Shown in pieces: positions 44,545 to 59,566 of a stretch of DNA of 64,000 bases. This DNA is from Octopus vulgaris (Eukaryota): positions 44,330,001 to 44,394,000 of the forward strand of contig OX597822.1 in the NCBI GenBank assembly GCA_951406725.2, read 5' to 3'. The notes under the pieces were generated by a model. The model was not told the DNA's origin. It did not search any database and saw only the letters and a list, made by a program, of their open reading frames with translations. Position 1 is the stretch's first letter, and each line of letters starts with the position of its first letter. The translations under genes and the position numbers were made by a program.

Positions 44545-46892
44545 TATTTCATAACATTTGCCATAAAGGCAGTACATAGAGTAAGTTAGCTTTGCGGTAT
44601 GGACGAGGACATTAATGAAATGAATGGTAATGAAAGAAAGATGATGGGGTTGGAAGAAGACAAAAAGCGCTCGCCGACTTCTGCTTCTCTAAAACATTGT
44701 TCTTTTAAAAACAAACACAAAACGAGGTATTAAACCTCTTACAATTTTTACAACTTTTCAATTTTTGGACTTAACAGTCCATTACTAACAACAACATAGT
44801 TCAATAATTACATATGATATAAATACAATACACAAAGCTCCTCCTCCCAGACCTGGCTTACACCTCCCTTAGGAATGCGCCAGCTCTAAGTCGGGGCCCC
44901 TCAAGTCGTATCACAATTTATGACTCGTCCTCAAAATAACTTGTGCCCGCACCCTCCGCCATCCACCACGCCTCCCTCAGAATGTAATCGAGTTCCGTGT
45001 TAGCGTCGCCCGGGACCAAGCTATAATCCTCATTGAGCTCCTTCAGCCCAAGCGTCACGTCGAACCCCACGGCCTCCACAGCTACCTGCGGAGGCCATTC
45101 GGGGTCCTGTCTGAAGGCTAAAGGTGCTTCCTTATGGTGCTTTTCCATCACCTTTTCAAGCTCTCCGCCTCTATGGAAGAGGATCAATACATCGTTTTTC
45201 CTCGAGTGCGGGATATTCAACTCTTTCGTTGGCGGCACAGTTCCCGCCAACGGTGTTTCTTCTCCTGTCGGTGACACAACCCCAACCGACGTAGTTCCGG
45301 GACATTCCGGTACTATGTCACCGACTGCCGGTAAAGTCCCGTTTCTCTTCCTCTTATTTTTCTTTTCTTTTCAACTGAGGGAGGGTGCGTCTCCTCCGTG
45401 GCCGGAAGATTCGCCTTTCCCTCCTCATCCCTAGTATCCTTTGGTGAGCACCCATTGTTGCTCACCTTCTTCTTTCGACCTCTGTTTGAGGAGTCCTCCG
45501 CTTCCTCGGCCGTTTTCATTCCCTCTTCTACAGGGGTTTTACTTAACTGTTCCGGGATCCTATTTTGTTCCCGGGGACAGTTTTTCTTCACATGGCCGGA
45601 CTCCAAGCACCGATGACACCTAGGGGGGCGACCCTCAAGTATCACCGGGTACTTGCACCCGGCCATTTTCAAAAAATCTGGAAGAACCAGATTGGCTGAT
45701 TGGGTCCAAAGGGTCAAAATTGCTTTTGACCCAACCCAAACAGCCGCAGGAAGACCTTTCACATTAAGAAGCTTAGTTCCGCTGCTACCCAGACCCCCGG
45801 CGGATAGTCTCCTCTATCCACTCGGGTTTTATGCCGGGTGGCAGCCCGCAGATCCAAGCTTACGTCAGTCTCTTTCTTTGGTACGTGGGCAGAAATAAAA
45901 TTTCCTTACCCTCCAGGATTTTACTAGCAAATTTGCAAGCCTCTTCATGGGTGTCAAATAGCAACCACACCATTGCATATCTGACACCCCTGGAAATGAA
46001 TTTGATTGTTGGCAAATACTCTGCCAACTCCTTTTCAATTGCCGTCTTTTCGAATAGGGCGATGGTGTCGAGTGCCTTGGAGTAGGTTCTCAACACCACC
46101 GTCCTATCTTCAAGGTCTTTTAACCACTTTTTAGGCGGTATAATCTCCCATTCCAAAAGTTTGTCATTTTTCATTGCCATGTTTTTTTTTGAAATATATT
46201 CGAAATAAACTTAAAAAGCGAGAAGAAAAATGTTCCAAAGTCCAAATAATATTCGATAGATTTTTTTGAAAAGAAAGGGAAGATACAAAAAGGAGAGAGC
46301 ACAACAGAAGGGAAGAAATCAACGGAAAGTCGCAATAAACCAAAAAAAAAACAAAAAGGGGAGTTAAATAAAGTTCAAAAGAAAGTCAATAAACAGCAAA
46401 ACACAGCAAAAACCTTCTGGCCTTACAGTACTCCAGGCCTGAGTTGAACCTGGAACGCCGCCACTGGAACACAACTTCCACAAAAATTGGTCCAAAAGGT
46501 AATCCAAGTGGCTTATTCTTATAGTTTTCTTGCGAGATACGCACACAAGAAGAATTCTCAATTCACCGTTACTGCCAAAATTTAACACTATTTTCAAACG
46601 AAAGTTTGACAGGATACGCCCACCAAACCAATAATTTTCACAATTAAGTGAATATTTTCACAATTAAGTGAATATTTTCACTCAGCCTCAGGTAGACCAG
46701 AGTCTAGTGAGGACTTCTTGCTTGTAAAAATAATTTGCAACACACAACAGGTCCCCACTGGACCCCCAAAATTCTTACCTTACGGCTGAGTATTCAAAAG
46801 TCTTCAATTTAAGAAGGCTTTCAAAAACACGTCTTACATCTTCGGTGTCCAGCACCACATTGACTTGCACATGCGTAGAAGCAACCTGTTAA
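44545..46892 (-). mobile_element. ORF1-only (HAL1-like) L1/Tx1-type non-LTR element
   Basis: 10-bp TSD CAAGCTACTT (44535-44544 and 46893-46902), a ~700-nt 5' UTR, a broken ORF1, a ~370-nt 3' UTR ending AATAAA, and no RT. Confidence 0.75.
44918..46180 (-). pseudogene. L1/Tx1-type ORF1 (RRM-like region and CCHC zinc knuckle), disrupted
   Basis: AWICGLPPGIKPEWI and VILEGRPPRCHRCLESGHVKKNCP (CX2CX4HX4C); one stop and about two frameshifts. Confidence 0.75.
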
Positions 46893-46973
46893 CAAGCTAC
46901 TTACCACACAGCCACTCCTGCGCCTATATAATGTATAGACATATACCCATCCATAAATATACATGCACAAACG

Positions 46974-47010
<37 letters not shown>

Positions 47011-47724
47011 ACATATGCGTGTGTGCTTGTGTATTTATATATACGTATGCATTCATATGTGTGTATGTATCCAGAGTAAGAAAAGTTACTTAACAAATCC
47101 TGTACATTTTATATATTGTTGACAATGAGTTGGCGATTCACCCCTCTGTTACTCAGAATTTTACACAGGAAATAATTACCTGTGGGTTAGTCAAACAATG
47201 TAGGGGTCTTACCGTGTGTAATGCTCTTGGTAGACCGATTCTAAATAATCTCGGAGTGCCATGTCACATGGTGGAATATGGAATAGGTGAGAGAAAGAGA
47301 TAACTGGAATGCTGTGGTCTTGTGTAAGGGCAACCACACAGTTTTGGCATAAGCTTGTGAATTTGTAATAATGTGCGGCGAATGTATGTTGGATTTGAAA
47401 ACTATCTTTACCTTTTAATTTTTTGCTTCGGTCATAGAACTGCGGCCATACTGGTGCACTGCGTTGAAGGGAACTGCCGAACGTATGGGCCACGGTACTT
47501 ATCACTATTTTTATATATGTATGTATATAGTTTTAGCTTGGCATTTAGATTATCTTTTTCATTGCTAGACGTCTAACACAAGCGAAGGGGAGAAAGACGA
47601 CAACAACGTTCCACACATACACACACACGCACATACACACAGGCACACACACACACACACACACACACAAACATTCCTCCTTAATACAGAGGTGGGCCAT
47701 TTTCCATGAAGGCTATGATATATA

Positions 47725-47950
47725 TATACGTTTCTTTTTTACTTTATCTTTGGAATGCAGCCATGCTGGTGCACCGTCTGGAAGAAATATATTCGAAAGA
47801 ATCGACCCCAGTAATTTATTTTTTACTTAAAGCTGGTATTTATACTATGCTCTCGCTCTCTTTACTTCAACTACTAAGTTACGAAGATATTAACCCACCA
47901 ACATTGGTTCTCAAGCTGTTGTGGAGGACAGACACAGGCACAAAGACACA
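47725..47950 (-). mobile_element. SINE family B 3' part, diverged
   Basis: GCAGCCATGCTGGTGCACC..ATCGACCCC. Confidence 0.6.
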
Positions 47951-47960
47951 CTCACACACA

Positions 47961-48046
<86 letters not shown>

Positions 48047-48068
48047 AAGAGAGAGAGAGAGAGAGATT

Positions 48069-48106
<38 letters not shown>

Positions 48107-48147
48107 TTACTTGGAAGAAGACGACGACGCGTGCGTTCAATCATATA

Positions 48148-48615
<468 letters not shown>

Positions 48616-48639
48616 GTATATGTATGTATGTATATATAT

Positions 48640-48830
48640 ATGTTTTTCTCAGTTTTATTGGTTGCGGTTCTTCCAGAACGTTCGTCAATATCGACATCTT
48701 TCGGCCATGTTGGGAACGTATGGACCGCTCGTACTCTTATGTGCAGCTCATACACTCCTCTCCATCCACTTTCTGCAACCTTGCGAAGCCTCTGAGCAGG
48801 TATCGCCATGACAACTTGCTTTGTCATGGT
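48640..48830 (-). pseudogene. Mariner transposase N-terminal HTH relic
   Basis: [32 protein letters not shown]. Confidence 0.65.
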
Positions 48831-49326
48831 CAGTGTGATGATCACACGCTACACACCTTCATTCCAAGCACTGCTGTAGACAGCGGAAGTGTGCTAGAAC
48901 ATCAAAACTTTGTGCGCACAGACAGCGGTGTTCATGGTCAATATGTGCCAAGCGACTTTACTCTGCATTATTTAGTTTTGTTACTACAACAACAATCCGT
49001 ATCATACCTCGTTTACGTAACAAGATAGCACTCATGAATGTGTGTGTGTATGTGTCTGTGTATGTGTGTGTGTGCATGTGTGTATGTGTATGTGTGTGTG
49101 TGTGGGGGGGGGGTTACTGTAACACTATAGTTTGACCCGGCGGTGGGGAGTTTCTGTGCTGCACATCAGAAAGTTTGTTGCGTACAACTCATATCTAGTT
49201 GTGTAGTCTCTGTCTGTCTGTCTCTTTCTCTCTCTCTCCTTCATTTATACATACACACCTGTACACGTATATATGCATAAATACACACACACATACATAC
49301 ACAAACATACACAAACATACATGCAT

Positions 49327-49377
<51 letters not shown>

Positions 49378-49664
49378 GGAGAGAGAGAGTATGTGTGTGT
49401 ATGTTTTAGATAAAGCTATAGCTTTATAAGATCTGTTCAGAATTACCTCTCTTAGATATTTTCTCTTGGTAAAAGCTAAGGAGCTAGAAGCATTAATGTC
49501 TGGGATTCCTGATCGATGGCGACACTGAACAGATATGATGTGTTTACACCGTTTCCCCAAAAGAGAATATTTTCTCTTCGGTAACTGCAGTGTATTTACC
49601 TATTGGCAATTGAAATTTGTCACAAACATGTTTTAACTAAACTAACCTTTGTTTATGCACATAT

Positions 49665-49718
<54 letters not shown>

Positions 49719-49889
49719 TACATACATTCATACATACACACAAATTTATTTACTTTTACGCTCTAATAGTTGATATTGCAAATCTATATTCAAGTATGAA
49801 CCATTTATATTAGTGAATACATCCACGTGCATTAAAGCATGTACATATATTGTAGGTGATTTTTAGTGAGTGATCGAAAACTTTGGATT

Positions 49890-50200
49890 TATCTTACGTA
49901 GATTTGTGTACCCTGACGTTGGGTAAGACTGGTGGCAGCCTATGTAGTACAGGGGTTGGTCAGCAGCCATCGTCAGAGCATGCTTCCATCGTAGATTTAG
50001 CATCTAAAGGTCTTTGTCGAACGTCTGATGCTAGTTCAGCTTCGGAAGTACCTTGCACTGTTGCTCTTGAGGGTCCACGTAAGGACTTGGCCGGCAAATT
50101 TGGTCGTCGTGGGACTTAATGCTTGTCGCAGCCAACGCAGTCGGCGCTTGCAGACGGTCACGGAAACTAAGCGTTAGATTCATCATTAATACTGAATTAC
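49890..50200 (-). mobile_element. RTE-like LINE 3' relic
   Basis: Minus frames RRLRWLRQ, RFAGQVLTWT and MAAD..YPTSG. Confidence 0.55.
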
Positions 50201-50692
50201 AGGATGTCCTGCCAAATGTCTATTGCATAAAGAATAACTTTTAAAATACTCCGATCGCTGGAAAAATAAACTATCCTAATCGAAAACTTATAAAGACAAA
50301 TTTACGGTCGGCAGGGACATAAGACATTTTAAATTCTTTAGAAATTTTGACAATAGCAAATGATATTACAACAAAGATAGATATAGCAATGTACTATGAA
50401 GCCATTTTCAGATCGAAAATCGAGAAATAAATGTTTTATTTCGTATAATGTATATGTTTTACATTGTTTGTTCTATTGTTCATATTCTATAAATTCTTTA
50501 TATCTACAGGCGATCAATGACACACTACCCTTTGCCTGACTCACCCAGCCTCCCATTTGTGTTTGTAACAATTGAAAAAATGTGCTGGAATCTTTGCCAG
50601 TTATATTAGATATGGTCTCTTAATACCGCCATCATCTCCAGCCCGACAACTGCCGTCATCACCTCGCTTTCTGTCTCTCTTTCCCCCATCTC

Positions 50693-50772
<80 letters not shown>

Positions 50773-51024
50773 GTAGCTGTTTTGAAAAGAGTATTTCAAA
50801 CGGAAGCTGTGTTTTAACTGTGTCAGTTTCCTTTCGATTATAAATTAATTTGCTTGTTTCATTTTTTGTTTTCTCTTTAATATATAGACTATATTTCTAC
50901 ATTTGCAATCTTTTTCTTTTTCGTCCTTGCGAAAAATATTTGAAAATTATACTTGTAAAGTCAGGGCTAGGATATTCAACTTCAGCAGAGTGCTAATGAC
51001 AGTTGGGACATCTTTGCATACATC

Positions 51025-51094
<70 letters not shown>

Positions 51095-51274
51095 ACTCTC
51101 TCTTTCTCTCTCTCCCTCTTTCTCTCTCTATCTCTATCTCTTTATCTCTCTCTCTCTCGACACACACACACACACAACACGCACATACGTATGTATATAT
51201 ATATATATATATACATACATCCACGAGTATTTACATATGGTTGTGTATATCATATATATATGTGTTAAGTGTTA

Positions 51275-51630
51275 ACGGGCATGGCTGTGAGGTAAGAAGG
51301 TTGCTTCCCAATCACATGCTACTGTGTTCAGTCCCACTGCGGAGTACCTTGGGCAAGCCTCGTGACTGGATGTGTTCGACGCATACTGAAAGAAACCCGC
51401 CATATGTACATATATTTGTATGTGTGCATGTGTGTCTGGCTGTCTATCTATCTGTCAGTCTTTGTCCTCCACCATCGTTTAACAACCGGTGGTGCTGTGT
51501 TTACGGCCGCAATAACAGATAGAATAAGTACCAAACTTTAAATAATTACTTGAGTCAATTAGTTTGACTAAAATTTTTCTATGCGTTGCCCCAGCATAGC
51601 CACAGTCTAATTGTCAAAACTAGCAAAAGG
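51275..51630 (+). mobile_element. SINE family B, diverged
   Basis: GTTCAGTCCCACTGCG..CCTTGGGCAAG..CCAGCATAGCCACAGTC. Confidence 0.7.
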
Positions 51631-52439
51631 TATATCTTTACAGCTGTTTCGGATGACCTGTCTGGTACTATATGAAAGAATATATTATGTAAGAAAACCC
51701 AATACTATTGTACGCGTATGAACTGGAACGGATTTTGACCGATTCTTGGGCCGAGGTCATCATATTCCCACCACCACTCATTGATTATCCGGCTCTTTCT
51801 TTGCTCTCATTTTCCCTAACAATTCTGTAACTTCATTGCCACCTACCAATATCAATGAGTTGGAATCTTCAATATTTTCATAGGCAATCGCGTTAATTAC
51901 TCTTGATGGTTTTTATTTTTCCTTAAACGTGGTTGGACACACTTTCAGCTGAATAACAGGTATAAGACATTTTGACACAATCGTTTTGGCGCCGTCTAGA
52001 TACCATCTATTTGGCGTCGATGATTTGATGCTGATTTGTTTGACATCCGACGTTTAAATGTTTCTCTTGTTTTCATCTCTCTTTCTCTCTCGCTCTTTCT
52101 GTCCTTCTCTCCCATTCTCTTTCACTCTTTCGCCTTCTCCCTGTTAATGCACGTGATCATATTTCTTTGTATGAGATGGAGAGTGTATATGTTAATCAAG
52201 TTCCGTGTGAAAAAAAATTATGTCAACCCCAATTTTTTCAGTCTTTATGTATATATTTCTTCTCGTGTGCGCGCGTACGTGAGTGTTTGCCTTCTTAGTG
52301 AAAACGTCTGTCATCGAAACAGGTAGAATGTTCCGTTATTAGCGCCAAATCGCCAGCGATCAAAGAGCAGCGCCGGATCTTCTCATTCCACATATTAACC
52401 GATTACAAGATCTATTCTCCCTTCAGTTTCTGCCTTAGT

Positions 52440-53765
52440 TGGTGACTGCGAAGTCATCCAATTACCAGATGGTCAGACATTAAAATCATTGAAAGGAGGG
52501 GAGAGTTATAACTACTTATAACAAACCTTAGAATCTGACAGAGTACTAACTACGGAAATGAAAACGAAAATTGAGAAGGAGTACATCAGAAGGGTAATGA
52601 AGCTAATGAAGTCAAAGCTATATGGTCCGAATCTAATGAAGGCTGAAAATACTTGGGTTGTATCATTACTTAGATACTCAGCAGCTTTTGTAGATTGGAC
52701 AAAAACTGAATTAGCAAAGCTAGACGGAAGAACTAGGAAAGAATTCAATAGGAATGGATGACTACACCCAGAGGCAAGAATAGCAAGATTACTCTTACCT
52801 AGAAAGGAAGGCGGGAGAGGGTTAATATCATTAGAAGACTGTGTGGAGTTAGCTAGAATAGATATAGACTCCTATATACATAATAGTGAAGAAAATTTAT
52901 TAAAAGCTGCTACAGTCACAGACATGGGGAAAGCAAAACACCAAACGAGCTTAAAAACCAGAAAAAACAAAAATTATCTGTGTGACAGAAGAAGGCGTTC
53001 CATGGTAGATTCCCAAAGATAGTTTCAGCAAATAGTTGTAGTGAGACAAGGTTATGGCTGCAGAAAGGAAAGCTGAAGAGGGAGACATAAATTTGTTTGT
53101 AGCTGCATAAGATCAAGCATTAAATAATAATTGGATAAAAACCAAGATAGACAAAAACTAAGTAGATTCCCAATGGAGATTATGCAAATCAAAAGAGGAA
53201 AGCGTTACTCATAGAGTTAGTGAATGCAGCATGCTGGCACAGAAAGAATACAAAAAAATACATGACAATCTAGGGAGAGTAGTCCATTAGGAATTATGTA
53301 GAAAGCTAGAATTTGGACATACTGATAAATAGTATGAAAATGAACCTAATAAGCTACCAGAAAGTAAGAAATGTAAGATGTTGTTGGACTTTAACATTCA
53401 GACTGACAGAGTAATATAAGCTAGAAGGTCTGATTAGGTAGTAGAAGATAAAGGCAATAGAAAGTGCCAAATAATTGCCTTTACAGTCACAAATGATGAA
53501 AACATTTATATGTCAAGTATAGAAAAAATAGCCAAGTACCAGGACCTAGCTATTGAATTACAGAAACTATGGAAAGTGCGGGTAAAATGTATGCCAGTAG
53601 TTATAGGTACATTGGGAACTATCCCTAAAGATCTGAACAGATGGATAGAGGAAATAAGCATAAAACACAGTTTAGTACAGCTCCAGAAAACAATGTTATT
53701 ATGGACAACTAGGATACTTAGGCGGGTTCTTGGCATCTAAGGTTACTTGTTGTAGTCCGATGTTA
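52440..53765 (+). pseudogene. Degenerate R4/Dong-type LINE, 3' third
   Basis: LLLPRKEGGRGL, WDFNIQTD, KIAKYQDLAIELQKLW..PVVIGTLG; many stops. Confidence 0.85.
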
Positions 53766-53971
53766 GGATTATTTTCTTTTCCAACAGTCTAATCTGATGA
53801 AAGTATATGAAATTAATAAAAATTATCATTTTTATTCCTGTTGGGGTAAACAAATGTTGCGTTTTTGAAACCAAGTCTATATTTTTCTGAGCTAATATTA
53901 ATATGGATATATTGAAGCAATGAGGCAACATGCAATTAAACGGCCGGATAAGATTCAGATCATAAAGAAAT

Positions 53972-54016
<45 letters not shown>

Positions 54017-54025
54017 GATTATTAT

Positions 54026-54061
<36 letters not shown>

Positions 54062-54512
54062 TTAAACAAATAGTAGTAAATGTATAACAAAATAAATAAA
54101 ACAAACAAACCTGATTGCGAACACTAGAATACCAGTCTCAATGATTCTGACTTAAGAGCCTAGTGACCTAAACTTTAAAAGATAACATTGTCTCGTGAAT
54201 AACGATGAAGACAATGATGATGATGAAGATGAAGGTGATGATGATGAGCAGGAGGAGGAGGGGGAGAAGGAGGAGTAAGGTGATGATGATGAAGATGATG
54301 ATGATGATGATGATGATGATGACGACGATGAAGGTGAAGAGAAGGATGTGGTGAGGAGAGGGAAGTGGAGAAGGATGATGACGATGGTGATGATGATGAT
54401 GATGATGGAGATGATGGTGATTGTGGCGATACCTGGTGATAGTGATCATGATATTAACATTACAAATACTATTGATGTATATGTAAATGTGTGTATCTAT
54501 GTGTGTACAAAA

Positions 54513-54558
<46 letters not shown>

Positions 54559-55644
54559 AGAGACGCATGCATACATACAGAAATTTAATACGCGCGGACA
54601 GAACAGAGGCACACAATTAGCTGTGAACACACACACCTATACACATATATACTGTACAGTATATATACATATATATGTATATATGTATATGTGTGCTTTA
54701 TATATACACATACATATACATATATATATATATATATGTAATGCATATATCTATATGCATATATACATATATGTATATATATGTATGTAATATATATATA
54801 TGCATTTACACTTACATGTATATATGTCTGTATGTATATATATATATGCATATATACATACATGTATATATGTGTGCGTGTATATATGTGTATGTATGTG
54901 CATACATACATACCTACCTACATTCATACATACATACACACATACATACATACATACATACATACATACATACATACATACATACATACATACATACATA
55001 CATACATACATACGTACATACATACATACATATATATATGTTCTATACTGCAACACCTGCGAGACGAAAAGATATTTGATAAATAACATGCCAGAGGAAG
55101 ATATTCTGTTACATGAAGATTTCTCATATATACGTTGTTGTTGCACATGTATACAGTTTATATGTGGATGTGTAGGTGTTTTTGCGTATATACTACAACA
55201 GACATACACACAATGTTATGTATACACGAAGAAACATAACTAGCCAATTAGTTGCAATGCTTTAAGTGTTAACATTATCACGTTAATACATGTATATACC
55301 TGTATGTGTATACATACACATATATATAGATATATATATATGTATATTTGTATATATGTATGTATGTGTGTATGTATGTATGTATGTATGTATGTATGTA
55401 TGTATGTATGTATGTATGTATGTGTGTATGTATGTATGTATGTATGTATAGTGTGTCCCAGCAAAACTGCCCACCCACTTAATGATTATAAAAAAATACA
55501 TTTCATTTTCAAAATTTGATAACATCTACAGACTGAATTTGATTTCTTCTTATGAGCGGCTGTTTTCAAGCTAAAGAGATTTCTTGTTCAAATAATCTTG
55601 GTAACAAGAAGTATTGGATACAGTTCTATATTTAAGAGATGACG

Positions 55645-56211
<567 letters not shown>

Positions 56212-56555
56212 ATAAGAAGTATTGGAATCGCAAACATAGAGAAAGATTCTCGATATTCCTGCGCATTCAGTTTCCTCTTTCGTACACAAAATTTTATCTG
56301 TTAAGCATTTCCATAGAAAAAAGTTCTAAAGGTACGCGATCCGGTAAACACGAAATGCTATACTGCCTCTTGTCCACATGATTGGCATAATCAGGGTCAG
56401 ATATGCTCTGACATTTCTATAGAAGTGTGAGGGTGCCCAACTGCCTGGAAATATAGCTCCACATCTTCATAACGGTAATTCGCACTATGTTCAAGTAAAC
56501 GAGAGAAATTACAGCATAGTAATCATTCATCAGCTACAAGCATATATACATATGC

Positions 56556-56670
56556 ATGTCATTATTCAGTTTTATTTCAAGATTTCCTGCCAATAGAAAA
56601 AGATCTGGCTTCTAATCTAGTTCCAAGGCTCTTTCATTGCAATTTCAACATCAACAACAAGTATTTTTGT
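56556..56670 (-). repeat. ~120-bp dispersed repeat embedded in (CATA)n
   Basis: Homologous copies at 31364-31470, 31619-31705, 60052-60160 and 60177-60275. Confidence 0.75.
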
Positions 56671-57034
56671 ATGTATGTATGTATGTATGTATGTATGTAT
56701 GTATGTATGTATGTATGTATGTATGTATGTATGTATGTATGTATGTATGAATGTATGTATGTATGTATGTATTTATGTATGTATGTATGTATGAATGTAT
56801 GTATGTATGTATGTATGCATGTATGCATGCATGCATGCATGCATGTATGCATGTATGTATACGTGTTGATTTGTGTGCTTTGTTTCTTGTATGTAATTTC
56901 ACGCATATAGTTCCATATCTAGACACGCTCGCAAATAGTGAAATGTATGTATGTATGTATGTATGTATGTATGTATGTATGTATGTATGTATGTACGTAC
57001 GTACGTACGTATGTATGTATGTATGTATGTATGC

Positions 57035-57390
57035 ATGTATGCATGTATATGTATACGTGTTGATTTGTGTGTTTTGTTTCTTGTGTGTAATTTCACGCAT
57101 ATAGTTCCATATCTAGACACGCTCACAAATAGTGAAGTAATAATCTCCTGGAAAGTTTCACAGACTTTTACAGTTCCAATGATGAACTGGATCTGTAATA
57201 TTCAAATCAGCTTTCTTCTTTCTGGTTTCAAGAAGCCTAATTTCTCAAGATTGGTATTTAGGCAGTGTATTACATATCCCAGTGCTCCAATAATTACACG
57301 CATAAACCTGGACTTGTAATCTGGATAGAGTAACTGCAGATTTTTCAATAGTTCAGCGTAGGCATCCTCTTTTCCCCTGATCTCCAGGTT
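57035..57390 (-). mobile_element. R4-like LINE 3' end with (CATA)n tail; 3' UTR duplicated at 56860-56942
   Basis: KEDAYAELLKNLQLLYPDYK..VIIGALG; same family as 22700. Confidence 0.7.
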
Positions 57391-57460
57391 TATATGCATG
57401 TGTACTTATATATAGCTTTCTTACAAAAGGGACTAGTACACTTAGCTTAGACTTTTGAGG

Positions 57461-57531
57461 GGACAACCAGATCGAACCATCTCAAGTGTAACTGTCCGAA
57501 ATGGTCGTAATTTCTGGTACTTGACTGATGA
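57461..57531 (+). ncRNA. Non-circularly permuted hammerhead-like RNA, copy 1
   Basis: GGACA-ACCAGA-tcga-ACCAT-C-TCAAGT-gtaac-TGTCC-GAA-ATGGT-cgtaatt-TCTGGT-ACTTGA-CTGATGA. Confidence 0.7.
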
Positions 57532-58119
57532 AAGAAAGCCAAGAATGACCCGTCTTCTTTTTCTTTGCCCGTCCGTCTAATTGTTTCTCTTGTCCGCCTT
57601 TGTGTTACCTATCTGTCCGAACGTTCTGATGCCCTCTATTCCGTTTTTGTTTCATTTATATATATACACACACACATACATATGAGTCAATTGTCTGGGA
57701 AATTATGATACGACCCATGGTAAATAATACAGCGGTGAAAGGACAATTAAATCTCGAGTGAATAGTAAATTTGTAATATATTTGAGTCTACACTCATTAC
57801 TGAGTCTCCCGTAAATGAATGGCCGGTTTTCAGTCTAGAACTTGCTTTCAAATAAGTACCATCATTTAATATTTACATATATGTACACATAGCTTTTTTA
57901 TATGATTATGCAATTATAGTTACAAATAGCGATTTACAAGCATAGAAATCGTGAAAAAACTTCGGTGGATGTTTAGACAAACAGGACGGGCAAACAGATC
58001 GATACATTTATTTCATAGAAAGATATATGTTATACATACACTTGTACACAAACGCACATGTAGAAGCATACTTAGATCGATCGATAGATAGATAGATAGA
58101 GAGATAGATAGATAGATAT

Positions 58120-58150
<31 letters not shown>

Positions 58151-58431
58151 CATACATACATACGTACATACATACATACATACATACATACATACATACA
58201 TACATACATACATACATACACACATACAAACGGACAGCAGATATACAGAATATACAGAAGCAAATGTTGTCCCGAGACACAAATACACAGACACACATAC
58301 ACACCCCCACATATATACATACATATATATACATATGTATATTTATTTATCTATTTACACATATGCGTACATACATACAGAGAAAAATAATATGTTTGTG
58401 TTCCTTTTACTCATGTATGAGTGAATATACG

Positions 58432-58470
<39 letters not shown>

Positions 58471-58594
58471 ATACATCTATATGTATGTGTGTGAGAATTG
58501 CCATACGTACATACTGGGCCACATGCATTTAGCCATACATATAGATAGACATAACATATATCTTATAGCTGAAGATACACACACATGTATATAT

Positions 58595-58649
<55 letters not shown>

Positions 58650-59345
58650 GTACATATGTTGCATTTAATTTCGTTCTATGTATAGCATAAAGGACGCTGT
58701 ACAGAGCAAGCAGGCGTAGTGTCCTTGCTACAAGAACAGAGTCAACAGACAAGATTACAAGTCGCTTAATGGTATTGATTGCGGAGATCGCTTGGCCTGC
58801 GTTGATAATCCATTCGGATTTTGATGATAGCATCAGCAATTATTTTCTTTGACATAGACGTAGTCAGCGACACGCTCCCATATGCACGCACGCCCAAATG
58901 TACACCTATATACGTGTAGGTCTGTGTGTGTTTGAGAAAATATATATACTTACACATATATAAACATAGGGGTGCCTATACTGACACAAACACTCGCGTA
59001 GATATAAACGCAAACACACGCACGCATACATATACATATGTGTGTGTGTGTGAGTGTATATACACCCATATATGCATATATGTGTGTCTGCGTGTTTTTG
59101 TGTGTGTGTGTATGTCATGCGTTATATGAGTCCGTGTGGTTTTCGGTAATAAGATAAGTCTTAATGCTACTATTTTCATGGGACATATTTCTTATATTTT
59201 GCCTGCATACGCATGCGCATGCATACGCTTGTATATATATATATATATATTTAAAGGGAAAGTTTACGAAAATAAACAAAAGACGAAGGCAGGGAGTGTA
59301 CAAACAAACAGATGTATTATTTATAACGCTCAGGAATAGAAAAAG

Positions 59346-59383
59346 TCTTTTACGTTTCGAGCCTACGCTCTTCTACAGAAAGA
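59346..59383 (-). ncRNA. Variant minimal hammerhead motif
   Basis: TCTTT-CTGTAGAA-GAGC-gtag-GCTC-GAAAC-GTA-AAAGA. Confidence 0.6.
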
Positions 59384-59458
59384 TACACAGAAAAAAACAA
59401 GGAGAGAAACAAGAAGAAAAAAATGTGTGTAGTAGCTAACGATCTATCATGCCATCTA

Positions 59459-59499
<41 letters not shown>

Positions 59500-59512
59500 G
59501 TCTATCTATCTA

Positions 59513-59566
<54 letters not shown>

